From a virus (Duplodnaviria > Caudoviricetes): a stretch of DNA of 64,000 nucleotides. The notes beneath the pieces were generated by a model. That model worked only from the letters and a program-made list of their open reading frames with translations. It was not told the DNA's origin and searched no databases. Below, piece after piece: positions 1 to 13,327 of the stretch (positions are counted from its first letter, which is position 1; each line of letters starts with the position of its first letter). The position numbers and the translations under genes were made by a program. The stretch is taken from positions 1 to 64,000 of the IMG/VR virus record IMGVR_UViG_3300037067_015270. The stretch is one strand, 5' to 3'.

Positions 1-1
1 C

Positions 2-3000
2 ATCAATTCCGGTCGCACCGATTGAACCAGACGCTCCCTGAACACCTGTAGCACCGGATGCACCAGATGCTCCGTCAATACCAGTTGCACCGATTGAACC
101 AGACGCTCCCTGAACACCTGTAGCACCGGATGCGCCAGATGCTCCGTCAATACCAGTTGCACCAATGCCGCTAGCACCTTGTACACCTGTAGCACCAGAA
201 GCGCCACTAGCACCATCAATTCCAGTTGCGCCGGATGCTCCGGACGCTCCATCAATTCCTGTAGCACCAGTTAAACCAGACGCACCCTGAACGCCTGTTG
301 CACCAGAAGCACCGCTGGCTCCATCAATTCCAGTCGCACCAATTGAACCAGAAGCACCTTGCACACCAGTTGCACCAGAAGCACCAGATGCTCCATCAAT
401 ACCGATTAAACCAGACGCTCCCTGAACACCTGTTGCACCAGAAGCGCCGGATGCTCCATCGATACCAGTAGCACCATCAACACCTATAACTCCTGTTGCA
501 CCGATTTCACCAGTAGCACCAATTGAACCAGATGCTCCCTGAACACCTGTAGCACCAGATGCTCCGGATGCTCCGTCAATTCCCGTTGCACCTATACCAG
601 ACGCTCCCTGAACGCCTGTTGCACCAGAAGCACCAGACGCTCCATCGACACCGGTAGCTCCGGTTAAACCTGTTGCACCAGTTAAACCAGACGCCCCTTG
701 CACGCCTGTTGCACCAGAAGCGCCACTAGCGCCATCGATTCCAGTAGATCCTTGAACACCTGTTGCACCAGAAGCACCAGACGCACCATCAATTCCAGTA
801 GCACCAGTGGCACCAGTGTGACCAGTAGCACCACTAGCACCATCAATTCCAGTAGCACCAGTCGCACCAGTTAAACCAATAGGACCAGACGCACCGCCAG
901 TTTCACCCTGAATACCAGTAGCACCAGTGAATCCCGTGGCACCAGACGCCCCGTCAATTCCAGTTGCACCTATTCCGGAAGCACCTTGCACACCTGTTGC
1001 ACCAGATGCACCACTAGCACCGGTATGGCCTGTTGCACCTGTTGCACCGTATACTTGTGGATATTCAACGAATTTGATCTGACCGATAATAGCGTACCAA
1101 TACGCATCGCTATACCATATCGCATAATATGGATAAGTACATGCAGTAACGTCAATTCTGTAATATCGATACGCTACGCCATTGTTAAACGTAAAATAAG
1201 GAGTCCAAACATTTACTGCAGCAGGTGGTGCAATACCTGTTCTTGTATCAAGAATATCCCAGTTAATATCATCATTAGATCCAGACAACGTCCAATCACT
1301 TGGTAGTGCAGTATTAAGGTTTCTCGCATAGAATGCGTATTTATTTATGACCTTGTGATGACCATCACCGTAATCATATTCAATCCACATTGGGATAGCA
1401 AACGGATCGCCGGGAGACCAAGTGGGATCGCCACTGTTAATTTGCACACCCCAACCATTGGTTCGTGATCCACTCTGATCAAATGCGTACCAGCCGTGCA
1501 AAGTAACATTTGTAACTTCATGGTAAATCACGCCCTCTGAACTCACCGTCACGACATTTGGCGATGGAGTAACAAGTGACGTCATAGCAGCCGTGCTATA
1601 ATTGGTGCCTGGATTAAAGTAGCCATCTGCTATTCCTAATCCAGTTGCACCCGAAGCACCAGATGCGCCAGACGCTCCGCTAATACCTGTAGCGCCAGTA
1701 TAACCAGAAGCACCATCTATTCCCGTTGCACCAGTTGACCCGACAGGACCAGAAGCACCACCAGTCTCACCTTGGATACCTGTAGCACCAGTATAACCAG
1801 TAGCACCCTCTACGCCAGTAGAGCCAGTTGCACCAGATAAACCGATAGTACCCGCAACACCTGAAGCGCCAGATGCACCAGATGCACCAGATGCACCAGA
1901 ATATCCGCTAATACCAGAAGCACCAGTTAAACCAGTAGCACCATCAGCACCAGTGGATCCGGTTGCACCCGAAGGACCAGAAGCACCACCAGTTGGACCT
2001 TGGACGCCTGTAGCACCTGTAAATCCCGTAGCACCTGTCGCACCAGACGCTCCATCAACACCTATAAAGCCAGAAGCACCATTAATACCTGTAGCGCCGG
2101 TCAAACCAGAAGAACCCTGAACGCCTGTAGCGCCGGTTGGACCTGCTATACCTGTTGATCCTGTTGATCCAACAGGACCAGAAGCACCACCAGTTTCGCC
2201 CTGAATGCCTGTAGCACCTGTAAACCCTGTGGCTCCCGACGCACCAGACGCACCAGATGCACCTTTAGCACCGGATGCTCCCTGCACACCAGTAGCACCA
2301 GAAGCGCCGGTTATACCCTGTACACCAGAAGCACCAATACCAGAAGACCCCTGCACACCAGTTGAACCGGTTGCTCCGGAAGGACCGGAAGCACCACCAG
2401 TTGGGCCTTGGATACCTGTAGCACCTGTAAATCCTGTGGCTCCTGATGCACCAAGACCAGTAGCACCAATTGAGCCAGACGCACCAGTTAAACCAGTAGC
2501 ACCGGTCGCACCCTTTAATCCAGTTGCACCAGTTCCAGTTGCACCAGTCAAGCCAGTAGCACCAACCGCACCTGTCGAGCCAGTTGCACCGGAAGGACCA
2601 GAAGCACCACCGGTTTCACCCTGTATTCCTGTTGCACCTGTGAGTCCTGTAGCTCCTGACGCGCCTCGTATGCCTGTTGCACCAGTTAATCCTGTAGCAC
2701 CAGTCGATCCATCAGGACCAGAAGCACCACCAGTTGGACCCTGGATGCCTGTAGCACCTGTATAACCAGAAGCACCAGAAGCACCTCGTATACCAGTAGC
2801 ACCAAAAATACCCGTTGATCCTGTTGATCCAGCTATACCAGTTGATCCAGCTATGCCGGTTGATCCACCTGGGCCTGATGCTCCACCAGTTTCACCCTGT
2901 GGACCTGTCGAGCCCGTAAAACCAGTGGCACCGGAAGAACCTGTGGCACCAGCCATTCCAGGATTACCAGTCGGGCCAGTAGATCCAGTCGAACCACCAA

Positions 3001-4522
3001 CACCTGTTGCTCCGGGTTCTCCACCACTTGGTCCAGTTGCACCAGTACCAGTTGCACCGGTTAAACCTGTAGCACCGGTTAAGCCAGTAGCACCGGTTGC
3101 ACCTATACCTGTTGCACCAGAAGCACCAGAGGCTCCGGGCACACCATCAATACCAGTGGCACCTATACCACTAGAACCTTGAACACCGGTTGCACCAGAA
3201 GCACCGGGAGGCCCAGAAGCACCGCCGGTCTCACCTTGAATTCCAGTGGCACCAGTATAACCCGTGGCACCTGTAGTACCTTCAACACCTATAACACCAG
3301 ATGCTCCGGCAATTCCAGTAGCACCAGTTAAACCCGTTGCACCAGATGCACCAGATGCTCCTCGTATTCCCGTTGCACCGGTTAAACCAGTAGCACCACT
3401 AATACCAGTAGCACCAGTCGAGCCTGACGGGCCAGAAGCACCACCAGTTTCACCTTGGATACCTGTAGAACCAGTTAAACCCGTAGCACCCGAAGCACCT
3501 CGTATTCCTGTTGCACCAAAGAAGCCAGTTGCACCGGCGATACCTGTTGAACCGGTTGCCCCAGAAGGGCCCGAAGAACCACCAGTCGGGCCTTGAATAC
3601 CTGTAGAACCAGTATAGCCAGTAGCACCTGTAGCACCAGTAGGTCCTGTAGAACCAGTAGCACCATATACTTGTGGATACTCAATAAACTTAACTTGCCC
3701 AATAACAGCATACCAATATGCATCACTGAACCACACCGCATAATATGGATAAGTGCAGGCAGTAACGTCAATTCTATAATATCGATAAGCTACACCATTA
3801 CTAAATGTGAAATAAGGAGTCCAAACACCTATTGATGCTGGTGGATCTACTCCAACCCTCGTATCAAGTATAGTCCAAGTTGAACCGTCGTTAGACCCAG
3901 ATAATGTCCAATCTCTGGGTAATGAAGTGTTAAGCATCCTCGCATAGAATGCATATTTGTTGATAATCTTCTTCTGGCCGTCGCTAAAATCATATACAAT
4001 CCACATTGGGATGGCGAAAGGATCACCAGGAACCCAAGTAGGATCACCACTATTGATTTGAACACCCCAGCCATATTCACGTGATACACTCTGATCGAAA
4101 GCGTACCAACCATTCAAATAGGTATCAGTAACATCTCTATATATTACTCCAATAGAGCTCACTACCACAGCATCTGGCGCTGGCGTAGTCGCCGACGTCA
4201 TCGCGGCTGTGCAAGTTATAACTCCTGGGTTATAATAACCGTCTGCTGCACCTGGGCCGGTCGCACCCAACCCCGAAGACCCTTGCACACCAGTAGCGCC
4301 AGATGCTCCTGATGCTCCATCAATTCCAGTAGCGCCTGGACCAGTCGCACCTATTGAGCCAGAAGCTCCTTGTGTTCCTGTAGCACCAGATGCACCACTA
4401 GCACCCGATGCACCAATCGGACCAGTCGAACCTGTTGCACCAGTTGCACCGGAACCGGTGGCACCAATCGGACCAGTTGGGCCGGTTGTGCCAGGTATTA
4501 GTATAATATTGGTAGTAAACAT
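2..4522 (-). CDS. Collagen-like fibre protein with two discoidin (F5/8-type C)-like domains; 3' end runs off the window (>1500 aa)
   Basis: ATG at 4522 ([23 protein letters not shown]...). The same frame still reads G-A-T-G-I-D at positions 19-2. Long G-X-Y (GAT/GAS/GPT) tracts are interrupted by two ~200-aa globular domains (about 3660-4250 and 1050-1630) homologous to those in the 2060-aa neighbour. Missing from the ORF track, presumably because no stop codon lies in the window. Confidence 0.85.
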   Translation of the reverse strand, partial: MFTTNIILIPGTTGPTGPIGATGSGATGATGSTGPIGASGASGASGATGTQGASGSIGATGPGATGIDGASGASGATGVQGSSGLGATGPGAADGYYNPGVITCTAAMTSATTPAPDAVVVSSIGVIYRDVTDTYLNGWYAFDQSVSREYGWGVQINSGDPTWVPGDPFAIPMWIVYDFSDGQKKIINKYAFYARMLNTSLPRDWTLSGSNDGSTWTILDTRVGVDPPASIGVWTPYFTFSNGVAYRYYRIDVTACTYPYYAVWFSDAYWYAVIGQVKFIEYPQVYGATGSTGPTGATGATGYTGSTGIQGPTGGSSGPSGATGSTGIAGATGFFGATGIRGASGATGLTGSTGIQGETGGASGPSGSTGATGISGATGLTGATGIRGASGASGATGLTGATGIAGASGVIGVEGTTGATGYTGATGIQGETGGASGPPGASGATGVQGSSGIGATGIDGVPGASGASGATGIGATGATGLTGATGLTGATGTGATGPSGGEPGATGVGGSTGSTGPTGNPGMAGATGSSGATGFTGSTGPQGETGGASGPGGSTGIAGSTGIAGSTGSTGIFGATGIRGASGASGYTGATGIQGPTGGASGPDGSTGATGLTGATGIRGASGATGLTGATGIQGETGGASGPSGATGSTGAVGATGLTGATGTGATGLKGATGATGLTGASGSIGATGLGASGATGFTGATGIQGPTGGASGPSGATGSTGVQGSSGIGASGVQGITGASGATGVQGASGAKGASGASGASGATGFTGATGIQGETGGASGPVGSTGSTGIAGPTGATGVQGSSGLTGATGINGASGFIGVDGASGATGATGFTGATGVQGPTGGASGPSGATGSTGADGATGLTGASGISGYSGASGASGASGASGVAGTIGLSGATGSTGVEGATGYTGATGIQGETGGASGPVGSTGATGIDGASGYTGATGISGASGASGASGATGLGIADGYFNPGTNYSTAAMTSLVTPSPNVVTVSSEGVIYHEVTNVTLHGWYAFDQSGSRTNGWGVQINSGDPTWSPGDPFAIPMWIEYDYGDGHHKVINKYAFYARNLNTALPSDWTLSGSNDDINWDILDTRTGIAPPAAVNVWTPYFTFNNGVAYRYYRIDVTACTYPYYAIWYSDAYWYAIIGQIKFVEYPQVYGATGATGHTGASGASGATGVQGASGIGATGIDGASGATGFTGATGIQGETGGASGPIGLTGATGATGIDGASGATGHTGATGATGIDGASGASGATGVQGSTGIDGASGASGATGVQGASGLTGATGLTGATGVDGASGASGATGVQGASGIGATGIDGASGASGATGVQGASGSIGATGEIGATGVIGVDGATGIDGASGASGATGVQGASGLIGIDGASGASGATGVQGASGSIGATGIDGASGASGATGVQGASGLTGATGIDGASGASGATGIDGASGASGATGVQGASGIGATGIDGASGASGATGVQGASGSIGATGIDGASGASGATGVQGASGSIGATGID

Positions 4523-4617
4523 GCTGTACCTTTATAGGATGCTCTTTATCTTCGATTACAGAATGTACTAAAACCAATGTAGAAATCTAAAAATTATTTA
4601 CAAATTAGATAGACGTT

Positions 4618-7600
4618 CTATGTCTCTGCGGTCAATATGCCATCCGTGAATGTCAACATCCTTGTTGGACTACCACCGCTTGAATCTGAGACATAATAGG
4701 TCTTAGTGCCAGATAATCCACCAGTTGGACCTGTAGCACCAGTTGGACCTGTAGCACCAACAGGTCCGGATGCACCACCAGTATCTCCCTGTGGACCAGT
4801 TGCACCAGATGCACCGCTAGCACCATCAATTCCAGTAGCGCCGGTTAAGCCAGTTGCCCCAGAAGCTCCATCAACACCTGTTGCACCAGAAGCTCCATCG
4901 ATCCCTATAGGACCAGTAGCACCTGAAGCACCATCAATCCCTGTTGCACCAGTTGATCCGACAGGTCCTGATGCACCACCAGTATCACCTTGGATGCCAG
5001 TTGCACCAGTTAAACCAGTAGCTCCATCAATTCCTGTGGCACCGGTAAAACCAGTAGCGCCAGATGCACCGCTAGCCCCATCAATCCCTGTAGATCCGAT
5101 TAAGCCAGTAGCACCAGTAGCCCCGGACGCTCCATCAATTCCAGTTGCCCCGGTTAAGCCAGTAGCACCAGAAGCGCCGCTAGCTCCATATGGACCAGAA
5201 GCACCACCAGTTTCACCCTGGATGCCGGTTGCACCAGTGAATCCTGTAGCACCAGATGCTCCGTCGATTCCGGTTGCACCGGTTAAGCCAGTATCACCAG
5301 TGAATCCAGTGAATCCTGTAGCACCAGATGCTCCGTCGATTCCGGTTGCACCGGTTAAGCCAGTACCAGTTGCACCGGTTAAACCCGTTGCTCCTGAAGC
5401 CCCATCAACACCAGTGGCACCAGAAGCACCACTAGCTCCGTCAATTCCAGTCGCACCAGTGCCCGTGGCACCAGTAAGACCGGTGGAACCAGTAAGACCG
5501 GTATAACCAGTGAAACCGGTAGCGCCTGTTAAGCCAGTACCGGTAGCACCAATTGCACCAGACGCTCCCTGAACGCCCGTCGCACCAGAAGCACCGCTAG
5601 CTCCATCAATCCCAGTGGCTCCGGACGCTCCGGTTAAACCTGAAGCTCCATCAATTCCGGTCGCACCAGAAGCTCCGGATGCTCCATCAATACCAGTCGC
5701 ACCAGTTAAACCAGACGCACCTTGAACACCTGTAGCACCAGAAGCTCCGGATGCTCCATCAATGCCGGTCGCGCCAGTTAAACCAGACGCACCAGTTAAA
5801 CCAGATGCCCCCTGGATACCTGTAGCCCCAGACGCACCAGTATCACCAGTAGCACCAACTGGACCACCGTAAGGACCAGACGCACCCGTTAAACCCGTTG
5901 AACCAGTTAAACCTGTTGCACCCACGCCTGTCGAACCCGTAGGACCCGTAGCACCTATACCACTAGCACCAGCAGAGCCACTAGCGCCAGCAGAGCCAGT
6001 AGCACCGGAAGCACCAGAGGCTCCAGAAGCACCATTTATAGCGAGCCCGGTTGCACCAGTAGAGCCACCGACACCCGTTGAACCGGTAGCCCCGGTAGGA
6101 CCACCAGCAGGGCCAGTAGCACCCGAGGCACCGATGACGCTTACTCCTGTGGCACCAGTGGAACCTGCAGCCCCAGCAGTACCCGTAGCACCAGACGCAC
6201 CAAGACCGGTTGCTCCAATAGGACCACCACTTGGACCAGTAGCACCTGCAATACCTGTCGACCCAGTCGAACCAGCAGTACCAGTCAAACCGGTAGCACC
6301 AGTATATCCTATACCTGTTGCACCTGTCGCACCACCAGCTCCTGTTGTACCAGCTATACCAGTTGAGCCCGTCGAACCTGTCGGGCCAGAGGCACCTCCT
6401 GTCGGGCCGGTCGCACCAGCAGGACCACTAGGGCCAGTAGCTCCATCACCAAGTGGGCCAGATGCGCCAGTAGCACCAGTGGGACCAATGGGACCTGACG
6501 CACCGCCTGTATCACCTTGCAAGCCAGTAGCACCGGATGCTCCAATACCTGTGGCACCAGTTAGACCAATGCCTGTTGAACCGGTAGCACCAATAGGACC
6601 ACCGGCAGGACCTGTAGCACCAGTTAGGCCAATGCCTGTTGAACCTGTGGAACCTGTTGGACCACCAGAAGGACCAGTTGCACCAGATAAACCAGTAGCA
6701 CCAGTAGAACCGGTGAGGCCAGTGCCAGTAGCACCTCTTGGACCGCTAATACCAGTAGCACCAGTAGCGCCAACAGGACCGCCAGAAGGACCTGTGGCAC
6801 CTGTTTCTCCCGTAGCACCAGAAGCACCAAGGCCGGTCGCTCCAACGGGGCCGACAGGTCCGGTAGGGCCCTCAGAACCAGTTGAACCAGTAGCACCAGT
6901 CGGGCCACCACTAGGGCCGGTTGCACCTACTACACCAGCTGGGCCAGTTGCACCGTAAACGCCAGTTGAAGACCAAGACAAGTTTCTTAATCCATCAGTA
7001 ACTAAAACTTGTCCGATTGTTCCGTCTATATTCGGGAACTTCAAATTACTAATAATGACGTTCTTACCAGTGCCCCAAGCTGCAAGTAATAAATCTTGAT
7101 TTGTAGCCGAGTGTATCGAGTCGGTTTGTAGCCCATTAACATCGCTATATGTTAAGCCGGAACTGTCGGTTAAACGTCCGTTCGTAGTAGCAAAAGGAAT
7201 TCTATTTGGCGTTAATTTTGTCCCATCGTTTAAAACAAATCCCTTCCTGGCACCATCAGTCGTAATAGTAAAATAAAGGTCGTCAACTTTGAATTCAGTA
7301 ACACCTGGTTCCGGAACAGCTAGGACATCGCCAGTAGTTAGTTTAAATGGTCCTTTTCCAGCCTCAGAAGAGCCAGCTGGGATGTGTAGTCTTGCTGTCG
7401 GATTGTATTCTCCGATACCGACTTGTTCACCGTCAATTATGGTACCACCATCTCTGATCAGTGTCGCAACGTTATAAAAGTTTGTTAAGCGATAGGCATC
7501 ATAAATCGGTACTCCGGCACTGTCTGTTAAAGTAACAGTGCCAAGCCATCTATGCCCCTTATAAACACCAGACGCGGTATAAACTGGCACGCCATCTAGT

Positions 7601-10600
7601 GTTGCCAAGCCATCAGAATCAACCAAAATCCAATAACCATCTGCTAAATCGTCAGCAAAAACGCCGCTGGTGTGGCTTACAACACAAGCATAAACATACG
7701 TATTGCTAACACGAAGCCCAATAGTATATGCTGTTGCAGTAGCCCACGTATCAATACGACTTTCAGATATTGGAGTCCACTCTACAAATTTAAGCTCTCC
7801 AATAGTAGCAAACCAATAAGTGTTGACGCCATATATGTGTTGATACGGCATCGTGCATGCAGTGACATCAATCCTGTAATAACGATATGCAATGGCATTA
7901 TTGAATGTGAAGTACTGCGACCACACGCCTACGCCCGCTGGCGGATCAATATCAGTGCGTGTATCCAGTATTGACCAGTTAATATTATCATTAGACCCAG
8001 ATAGTGTAAAGTCTCTTGGTAGAGATGGGTAGTATGTTTTAGCTTGGAATGCATATTTATTGATAGCCTTCTTATTAAGTGCACCAAAGTCATACACAAT
8101 CCACATAGGTGTTTGAAATGGATCACCTGGCGTATATGTTCCATCGCCAACTTGAACTCCCCAGCCCACATCACCTGCATTTTGACTGAATGCATACCAA
8201 CCATACATATAAACATCAGACACGCCATATAACACACCAATAGAACTCACTACCACAGCGTTTGGTATCGGTGTAGTAGCTGACGTCATCGCTGTTGTGC
8301 ATGTAGTCGTACCAACATTATATTGTCCGTCTGATGGTACAAACTTCCAAGGAGCGAATTCTACACCAAATGATGTTGCTGTTAGATAGTATCCAAAAAT
8401 GTCGTAAGTTCTATTAGCTATCAGAGGAGTAGAGTCCATGTCGTTAGTGATATTCGATATGGACGGTGCTGTTGCCACTCTTACGACTTCCCAAGCAGAA
8501 GTCGTACTATTGTAGAGTTGAATTTCATTAGATTGAACGAAATTCCAGTCTAAACTCGTGGAACTCGACACTATCAGATTTCCACCAACTACATCTGAAC
8601 TCAATATGCCCGCGCCATTATTAGCCCAAGAAAGATATCCAGCTCCATCAGTAACTAACACTTGCCCAGATACACCGCCAGTTCTTGGGAAATCGAGCGT
8701 ACCTAATGAAATGTTGCCTATGCTGCCTTGCTCTATAGTGATATTGCCATTACTCTGATCCATTTCTACTGAATTGTAGAAGTTACTAATTAAGGAGTCG
8801 CTAAAATTAATTGTTCCTCCTTCCAAGTATAACGACACCATACCAAGCCATCTGTAACCAGTATAATCGCCAGAATTAGCATAAATTGGCACTCCATCTA
8901 AAACACCGAGTGCACTTTGCTCAACTAATACCCACATACCGCTAGCTAAATCGGTGGCAAAATCATCAGAAGTGTGATTAGCTATGCAAGCATACATATC
9001 TGTGTTTAGTACCCTATCGCCTATACGATAATTCGTAGCAGTAAGCCAGTAACCAGCTCTGGAATTTGCTGGAAGACCTCGAACTAACTTTATTTCGTTA
9101 ATTTCTACATACATCTGACCAGATCCAGCGTCTGCAGGACAGTCAGTGATGAGTTTGTAATATCGATAAGCTACACCGTTATCGAACGTGTAATATGGGC
9201 TCCACGTTAAATCACCAGGTCCGGTTATGCTAGATCTCGCATCCAATAACGTGTAAGTAACGGCGTTATTTGACCCATATAGCTGGAATGCTGTAGGAAA
9301 TGCAGCATTGTCGTTTGCTTGCAAAGCGTACTTGTTTACGATTATCGGTATGTTGAAATCGTACTGTATCCATGCAGATGTAGCTAGTGGTATCGGCGTT
9401 GATGACCAATATCTGCTAATATCACCACTAAAAGCACCCCATGCCCCAAGGAATTCACTGCTCGCACTCACCTTTTGAGGCGCTGGAGCAATATCAGAAG
9501 TCATGGTTGTAGTGCATGTCGTAGTGCCAGTGTTGCTACCGCCATGAGTTGATACTATTTTCCAGGGAGCAAAAACCAAATCAAATGAAGTTAAAGTTGA
9601 ATTATATTGTGCAAATACATCATAAATTAAATCTTGTATCAGAGCGTTGCCGCACATATCAACAGACGCATTTGAAGCTGTCGGTTCTGTTGCAACATCA
9701 ATTATTACCCAGGCCGATACATCAGCATTATATAAACGTATATGATTCGATGCATAAAAGCTCCAAGCAAGAGTAATACCATCATCCGCATTTAATCGGC
9801 CACCAACAACATCACTACTCTCTCCTCCAGGTGCAATTACACTATTGACGTACTTGATGGTTGCAACATCATATAGAAGAGATGGAGTTGGTATATGATT
9901 GTTAATGAAATCGTTATCAGTGCCAAGGTCAACAACTGGTATCCTATATGTGTTATGGTTAATTCTATTATCTGTACAAGCAGCGTCTAAAGTAATAGAA
10001 GAACCAACAGCTCTCTCTACGATATCATTGATTTCTATTATATTGTTTTGGCAATTGACAAGCTTAATAGCATCAAGATTGTCAGATAATCTATTGTGAT
10101 GGACTATACTTCCAGTGGAATTTTGTAAATAGAAACCAACGTTATTAGATGTCGAATAACTTTCTACAATATTGCAATCTGTAGCATAAACTAGAGAAAA
10201 TCCGGTATTAGTGTTCGAAGTAACTGTATTGTCTTCTTCAACGTTTCCAGTTGAGTTATAAACACCAATACCATCTGCATTCCCTGTAACATCGTTGTGT
10301 TCGATATGATTATTATCAGATGAATCACGAACCAATATGCCAAATTCACTATTGCCTGTAGATGTATTGTTGGTTATTATGTTGTTTGAGCTACCAATTA
10401 ACTCAATACCTGTTTTATTACTAGAGCAATTGCAGCTATCAATAGTGTAAATATCGTCGACACCAGAACTGTCCAAAAGGATTCCAGATTGATTTGGTGC
10501 AACTGCGGATATATTGAATTGTCTAAATGACCCAGAGATAGCAGTGATATGAACTGTAGGGGTTACACCGTCGCCAGTGATTGTCGTAGTACCAGTATCA

Positions 10601-10800
10601 TCAGTGTAGATGCTCAGCACTTTAGTGATGACAATATTTTCACTATAAGTGCCAGGCTTAACGTAAATGACATCTTTTGCTACTGCGGCATCGATAGCAG
10701 CTTGAATTGTTGCGTATTCTGAGTCGGTCGCACCGACACTAATGGTGTAATCTGCCGACGCTTTAGTAACAACCCTATCAATATTGCTTAGTACCATCAT
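4618..10800 (-). CDS. 2060-aa fibre/adhesin: parallel beta-helix (NosD/pectate-lyase-like), two discoidin-like domains, two CBM5/12-like motifs, C-terminal collagen
   Basis: [11 protein letters not shown]...[10 protein letters not shown] plus GIxL..S.NN.I..N beta-helix repeats; WIQYDF...GSNN...W..LD.R...YRYY discoidin motifs; W..AT.Y.IG.RV...Y.C...HTS; about 750 aa of G-X-Y. Confidence 0.85.
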   Translation of the reverse strand: MMVLSNIDRVVTKASADYTISVGATDSEYATIQAAIDAAVAKDVIYVKPGTYSENIVITKVLSIYTDDTGTTTITGDGVTPTVHITAISGSFRQFNISAVAPNQSGILLDSSGVDDIYTIDSCNCSSNKTGIELIGSSNNIITNNTSTGNSEFGILVRDSSDNNHIEHNDVTGNADGIGVYNSTGNVEEDNTVTSNTNTGFSLVYATDCNIVESYSTSNNVGFYLQNSTGSIVHHNRLSDNLDAIKLVNCQNNIIEINDIVERAVGSSITLDAACTDNRINHNTYRIPVVDLGTDNDFINNHIPTPSLLYDVATIKYVNSVIAPGGESSDVVGGRLNADDGITLAWSFYASNHIRLYNADVSAWVIIDVATEPTASNASVDMCGNALIQDLIYDVFAQYNSTLTSFDLVFAPWKIVSTHGGSNTGTTTCTTTMTSDIAPAPQKVSASSEFLGAWGAFSGDISRYWSSTPIPLATSAWIQYDFNIPIIVNKYALQANDNAAFPTAFQLYGSNNAVTYTLLDARSSITGPGDLTWSPYYTFDNGVAYRYYKLITDCPADAGSGQMYVEINEIKLVRGLPANSRAGYWLTATNYRIGDRVLNTDMYACIANHTSDDFATDLASGMWVLVEQSALGVLDGVPIYANSGDYTGYRWLGMVSLYLEGGTINFSDSLISNFYNSVEMDQSNGNITIEQGSIGNISLGTLDFPRTGGVSGQVLVTDGAGYLSWANNGAGILSSDVVGGNLIVSSSTSLDWNFVQSNEIQLYNSTTSAWEVVRVATAPSISNITNDMDSTPLIANRTYDIFGYYLTATSFGVEFAPWKFVPSDGQYNVGTTTCTTAMTSATTPIPNAVVVSSIGVLYGVSDVYMYGWYAFSQNAGDVGWGVQVGDGTYTPGDPFQTPMWIVYDFGALNKKAINKYAFQAKTYYPSLPRDFTLSGSNDNINWSILDTRTDIDPPAGVGVWSQYFTFNNAIAYRYYRIDVTACTMPYQHIYGVNTYWFATIGELKFVEWTPISESRIDTWATATAYTIGLRVSNTYVYACVVSHTSGVFADDLADGYWILVDSDGLATLDGVPVYTASGVYKGHRWLGTVTLTDSAGVPIYDAYRLTNFYNVATLIRDGGTIIDGEQVGIGEYNPTARLHIPAGSSEAGKGPFKLTTGDVLAVPEPGVTEFKVDDLYFTITTDGARKGFVLNDGTKLTPNRIPFATTNGRLTDSSGLTYSDVNGLQTDSIHSATNQDLLLAAWGTGKNVIISNLKFPNIDGTIGQVLVTDGLRNLSWSSTGVYGATGPAGVVGATGPSGGPTGATGSTGSEGPTGPVGPVGATGLGASGATGETGATGPSGGPVGATGATGISGPRGATGTGLTGSTGATGLSGATGPSGGPTGSTGSTGIGLTGATGPAGGPIGATGSTGIGLTGATGIGASGATGLQGDTGGASGPIGPTGATGASGPLGDGATGPSGPAGATGPTGGASGPTGSTGSTGIAGTTGAGGATGATGIGYTGATGLTGTAGSTGSTGIAGATGPSGGPIGATGLGASGATGTAGAAGSTGATGVSVIGASGATGPAGGPTGATGSTGVGGSTGATGLAINGASGASGASGATGSAGASGSAGASGIGATGPTGSTGVGATGLTGSTGLTGASGPYGGPVGATGDTGASGATGIQGASGLTGASGLTGATGIDGASGASGATGVQGASGLTGATGIDGASGASGATGIDGASGLTGASGATGIDGASGASGATGVQGASGAIGATGTGLTGATGFTGYTGLTGSTGLTGATGTGATGIDGASGASGATGVDGASGATGLTGATGTGLTGATGIDGASGATGFTGFTGDTGLTGATGIDGASGATGFTGATGIQGETGGASGPYGASGASGATGLTGATGIDGASGATGATGLIGSTGIDGASGASGATGFTGATGIDGATGLTGATGIQGDTGGASGPVGSTGATGIDGASGATGPIGIDGASGATGVDGASGATGLTGATGIDGASGASGATGPQGDTGGASGPVGATGPTGATGPTGGLSGTKTYYVSDSSGGSPTRMLTFTDGILTAET

Positions 10801-11075
10801 TCTCCCTCTGCCGTTATGTGAACGACAACATCATTTACTGCGCATTCGCTGAAAAGCAAGTCGATAATGTTTGTTATCACCATTTTATAAACCTTGATGA
10901 CAACATAAGTGGATGTCAAACTGATAATTTTATGCGATAATGGATATATACTATCTGGCAATTCATCCAATTGAACTCCAACACTGATTACAGGAGGTTG
11001 GTCAAAAGGAGTATCAAAAGTCCATGTTACACCGCCAACTGTGTAATTTATCTTGGCATCAAGTATTGTACTCAT
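10797..11075 (-). CDS. 92-aa small beta-rich virion protein (H-type-lectin-like fibre module)
   Basis: [17 protein letters not shown] pattern; stop overlaps the start of the fibre gene; paralogous segment inside the 1418-aa protein. Confidence 0.65.
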   Translation of the reverse strand: MSTILDAKINYTVGGVTWTFDTPFDQPPVISVGVQLDELPDSIYPLSHKIISLTSTYVVIKVYKMVITNIIDLLFSECAVNDVVVHITAEGE

Positions 11076-11217
11076 TGTCGAGTAATCTCTCTATATCAAT
11101 CGTTCCGATACATTCACACTCTTATTTTTGCGGAATCTCCATTTGTAGATACTATAGTGAAAAAGAATCGCAAAGTGGTGAATGCGAACAATCAAATTTA
11201 GGATATAGGAGAGCGAA

Positions 11218-11472
11218 ATGGCAATACCAATTCACATAGCACGTATACAACTTATGCCAGTGAACTCAGCTGGTGTAGTCGTGAACAAGAATGAGGCCAC
11301 TATAGGCCAGATGATGCAGACATCATCCGAAGAGCGGGTTATAGCAGATACTCTAATTCCAAATTCTGCTACAAACCCAACGCCAAAAGCATATCTAGAA
11401 CTTGAGGCAAATGACGAATTTATTTTGAGACATATTGATCAGACATATATTATTACTTATTTGTTAATGTAG
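11218..11472 (+). CDS. hypothetical protein
   Basis: 84-aa ORF with AGGAG RBS, followed by a hairpin. Confidence 0.7.
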   Translation: MAIPIHIARIQLMPVNSAGVVVNKNEATIGQMMQTSSEERVIADTLIPNSATNPTPKAYLELEANDEFILRHIDQTYIITYLLM

Positions 11473-11485
11473 GTATTGCTTGGAT

Positions 11486-11524
11486 ACAACAATGGCGTAC
11501 CTAATAAGGGTACGCCATTGTTGT
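11486..11524. terminator. 16-bp perfect inverted repeat between convergent genes (bidirectional terminator candidate)
   Basis: ACAACAATGGCGTACC / GGTACGCCATTGTTGT. Confidence 0.7.
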
Positions 11525-11563
11525 GTAGTTTATGCTAGTCCCATAATCATCTGGTAACTAGTA

Positions 11564-12007
11564 TTACTTACCTGGTACTGGTGCTGGGCAAGTCGGAGCT
11601 GCGGCAGGGGCACAAGCAGCGGGAGCACAAGCAGCGGGAGCACAGGCACCCACTTCTTTGTGACGGCGCTGTGCAACCTTGCGTACTACCTTCACAATCT
11701 TGTGTTCCCTAGCTACCTTCGCAACCTTTTCGCACGCTGGAATAGCAGGTGCACAAGCGGCGGGAATAGCCGGAGCACATGTAGCCGGTGCGCAAGCGGC
11801 AGGAGCACAAGCATTAGCCTTACGCTTCTCTGCTCTTGCTTTGCGTGCGTCATGGCGTGCTTCATGTACCTTCACAACCGTAGCCACGATTTGGCGAACT
11901 GGTCGAATCGCATATTCGCGAGTCGTCTCAGTAGCACATGCGGGGGCACATGCTTCCGGTGTGCAAGGACCACCAAGAACCATCGAGATCAAAATAGCAC
12001 TGAACAT
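11564..12007 (-). CDS. Secreted Cys/Ala/Pro-rich protein with ACAPA repeats
   Basis: GGAGG RBS before ATG 12007; hydrophobic N-terminus MFSAILISMVLGG; repeated ACAPA units. Confidence 0.7.
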   Translation of the reverse strand: MFSAILISMVLGGPCTPEACAPACATETTREYAIRPVRQIVATVVKVHEARHDARKARAEKRKANACAPAACAPATCAPAIPAACAPAIPACEKVAKVAREHKIVKVVRKVAQRRHKEVGACAPAACAPAACAPAAAPTCPAPVPGK

Positions 12008-12144
12008 GTTATTCCTCCAAAGGTTACAACAAAAAATCGACCAACTACCATTAAAATACACAACGGCCTTGTGTACAATAATATACTATTTTTGTCAGGA
12101 CCTTCCATCAATTCAGAAATTACCTTTCGGTATTGTAAATCGCA

Positions 12145-12624
12145 ATGAACGTCATACTATCAGACATATATGGACAATCAGTCAAATTAAATTATCAAAA
12201 TATCTATGACACATTGAACCAACCATACGAGGGGGTAGCATATGTTTTCGCGCACGACCCCAAGATGGTCGTCATTGGTCGTATAAAAGAAAACGGCATT
12301 TGGAGCATAACAGTAGAGGAACTATACGACAACGACATCGAAGACACTCCTCTTCAATCGATATACGCTATTACATTTAAAGACGATGAAACAGACGCAG
12401 CAATAAAATTATTTATCTCTTTGATTAAATCGCAGCGTAAAGATTTTGTGCGACATATGCGCAAAAAGCTGGGCAAATACGTAATTCTAACTACACCCAT
12501 AATGCCGCCAAAAGGTGTAAATGTTCAAAAATATTTGTATGAGATACTTCATAACAATGTTAAACGCAGCATTAACAGAAGACGATTTCAATCTGCTTCC
12601 AGAAAAACAAAAACGAGCCGTTAA
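12145..12624 (+). CDS. hypothetical protein
   Basis: 159-aa ORF. Confidence 0.65.
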   Translation: MNVILSDIYGQSVKLNYQNIYDTLNQPYEGVAYVFAHDPKMVVIGRIKENGIWSITVEELYDNDIEDTPLQSIYAITFKDDETDAAIKLFISLIKSQRKDFVRHMRKKLGKYVILTTPIMPPKGVNVQKYLYEILHNNVKRSINRRRFQSASRKTKTSR

Positions 12625-12749
12625 AACAGCTGCCAAACTTGGTGTTGATAGATTAGACGATGAGGAACAAGCTGAAATCGAGAACGAATATTATGCGGAT
12701 AGATCTGATTAAGTGCCATTCAAAGCTATTATAACAGGAGAACTAAATT

Positions 12750-12992
12750 ATGAAGATACCAGTATACACACTTGGCAACAATTCACATCAACCAGTTAGC
12801 GTCAATTACCAAGCTGGTACTACTACCGCCGTTGGTGACGTAGCACAATCCGCACATGGTTTGTTGACTATCTCCCCAGGCAAGAAGGTTGTTATCGAAC
12901 AAAGTCGTGTGAATTATGGTCAGATTCACAATTTGTCTGCATCAAATTCGCTGACTGTAACTTCGAGCTACGTCACCTCGGGTACAGAGTAA
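12750..12992 (+). CDS. hypothetical protein
   Basis: 80-aa ORF with AGGAG RBS. Confidence 0.65.
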   Translation: MKIPVYTLGNNSHQPVSVNYQAGTTTAVGDVAQSAHGLLTISPGKKVVIEQSRVNYGQIHNLSASNSLTVTSSYVTSGTE

Positions 12993-13006
12993 AGATTGGC
13001 GGTACA

Positions 13007-13327
13007 ATGAGCCTAGATACTATCACAATCGTTCGAGAAATTCCAATTATTAATGGATATTGTTCGTTGGAAAACAACAATCCAGCGAACAAGACATCTG
13101 TGCCAGTAGCTGCTTTCATCGCGGCAACTGGCGGTGTTGTCAACAGACTATCACAAGCTAGTGGTACCGGCAGAAATGGACGCAGGCATGGTATACAGGA
13201 ATGGGTGGAGTTCTACGAAGAAGTAGCTTGTTGTCAGGGAGATGCAGCATTGGAAGCTGGTAAGACTTTATACCAAACCAATGAGCGTACCGACGAAGAG
13301 ATAGCGTGGAACACTAGTCGGCAGTAG
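13007..13327 (+). CDS. hypothetical protein
   Basis: 106-aa ORF directly after the previous gene. Confidence 0.6.
   Translation: MSLDTITIVREIPIINGYCSLENNNPANKTSVPVAAFIAATGGVVNRLSQASGTGRNGRRHGIQEWVEFYEEVACCQGDAALEAGKTLYQTNERTDEEIAWNTSRQ

Noticed and set aside
2205-6958. Plus-strand PVAP-repeat ORFs and short alternate-frame ORFs in 1-10.8 kb
   Set aside because: Antisense or frame shadows of the G-X-Y collagen genes
1020-8340. DGR template/variable-repeat pair among the similar discoidin domains
   Set aside because: All copies are in-frame coding, the differences are not adenine-restricted, and no reverse transcriptase is in the window
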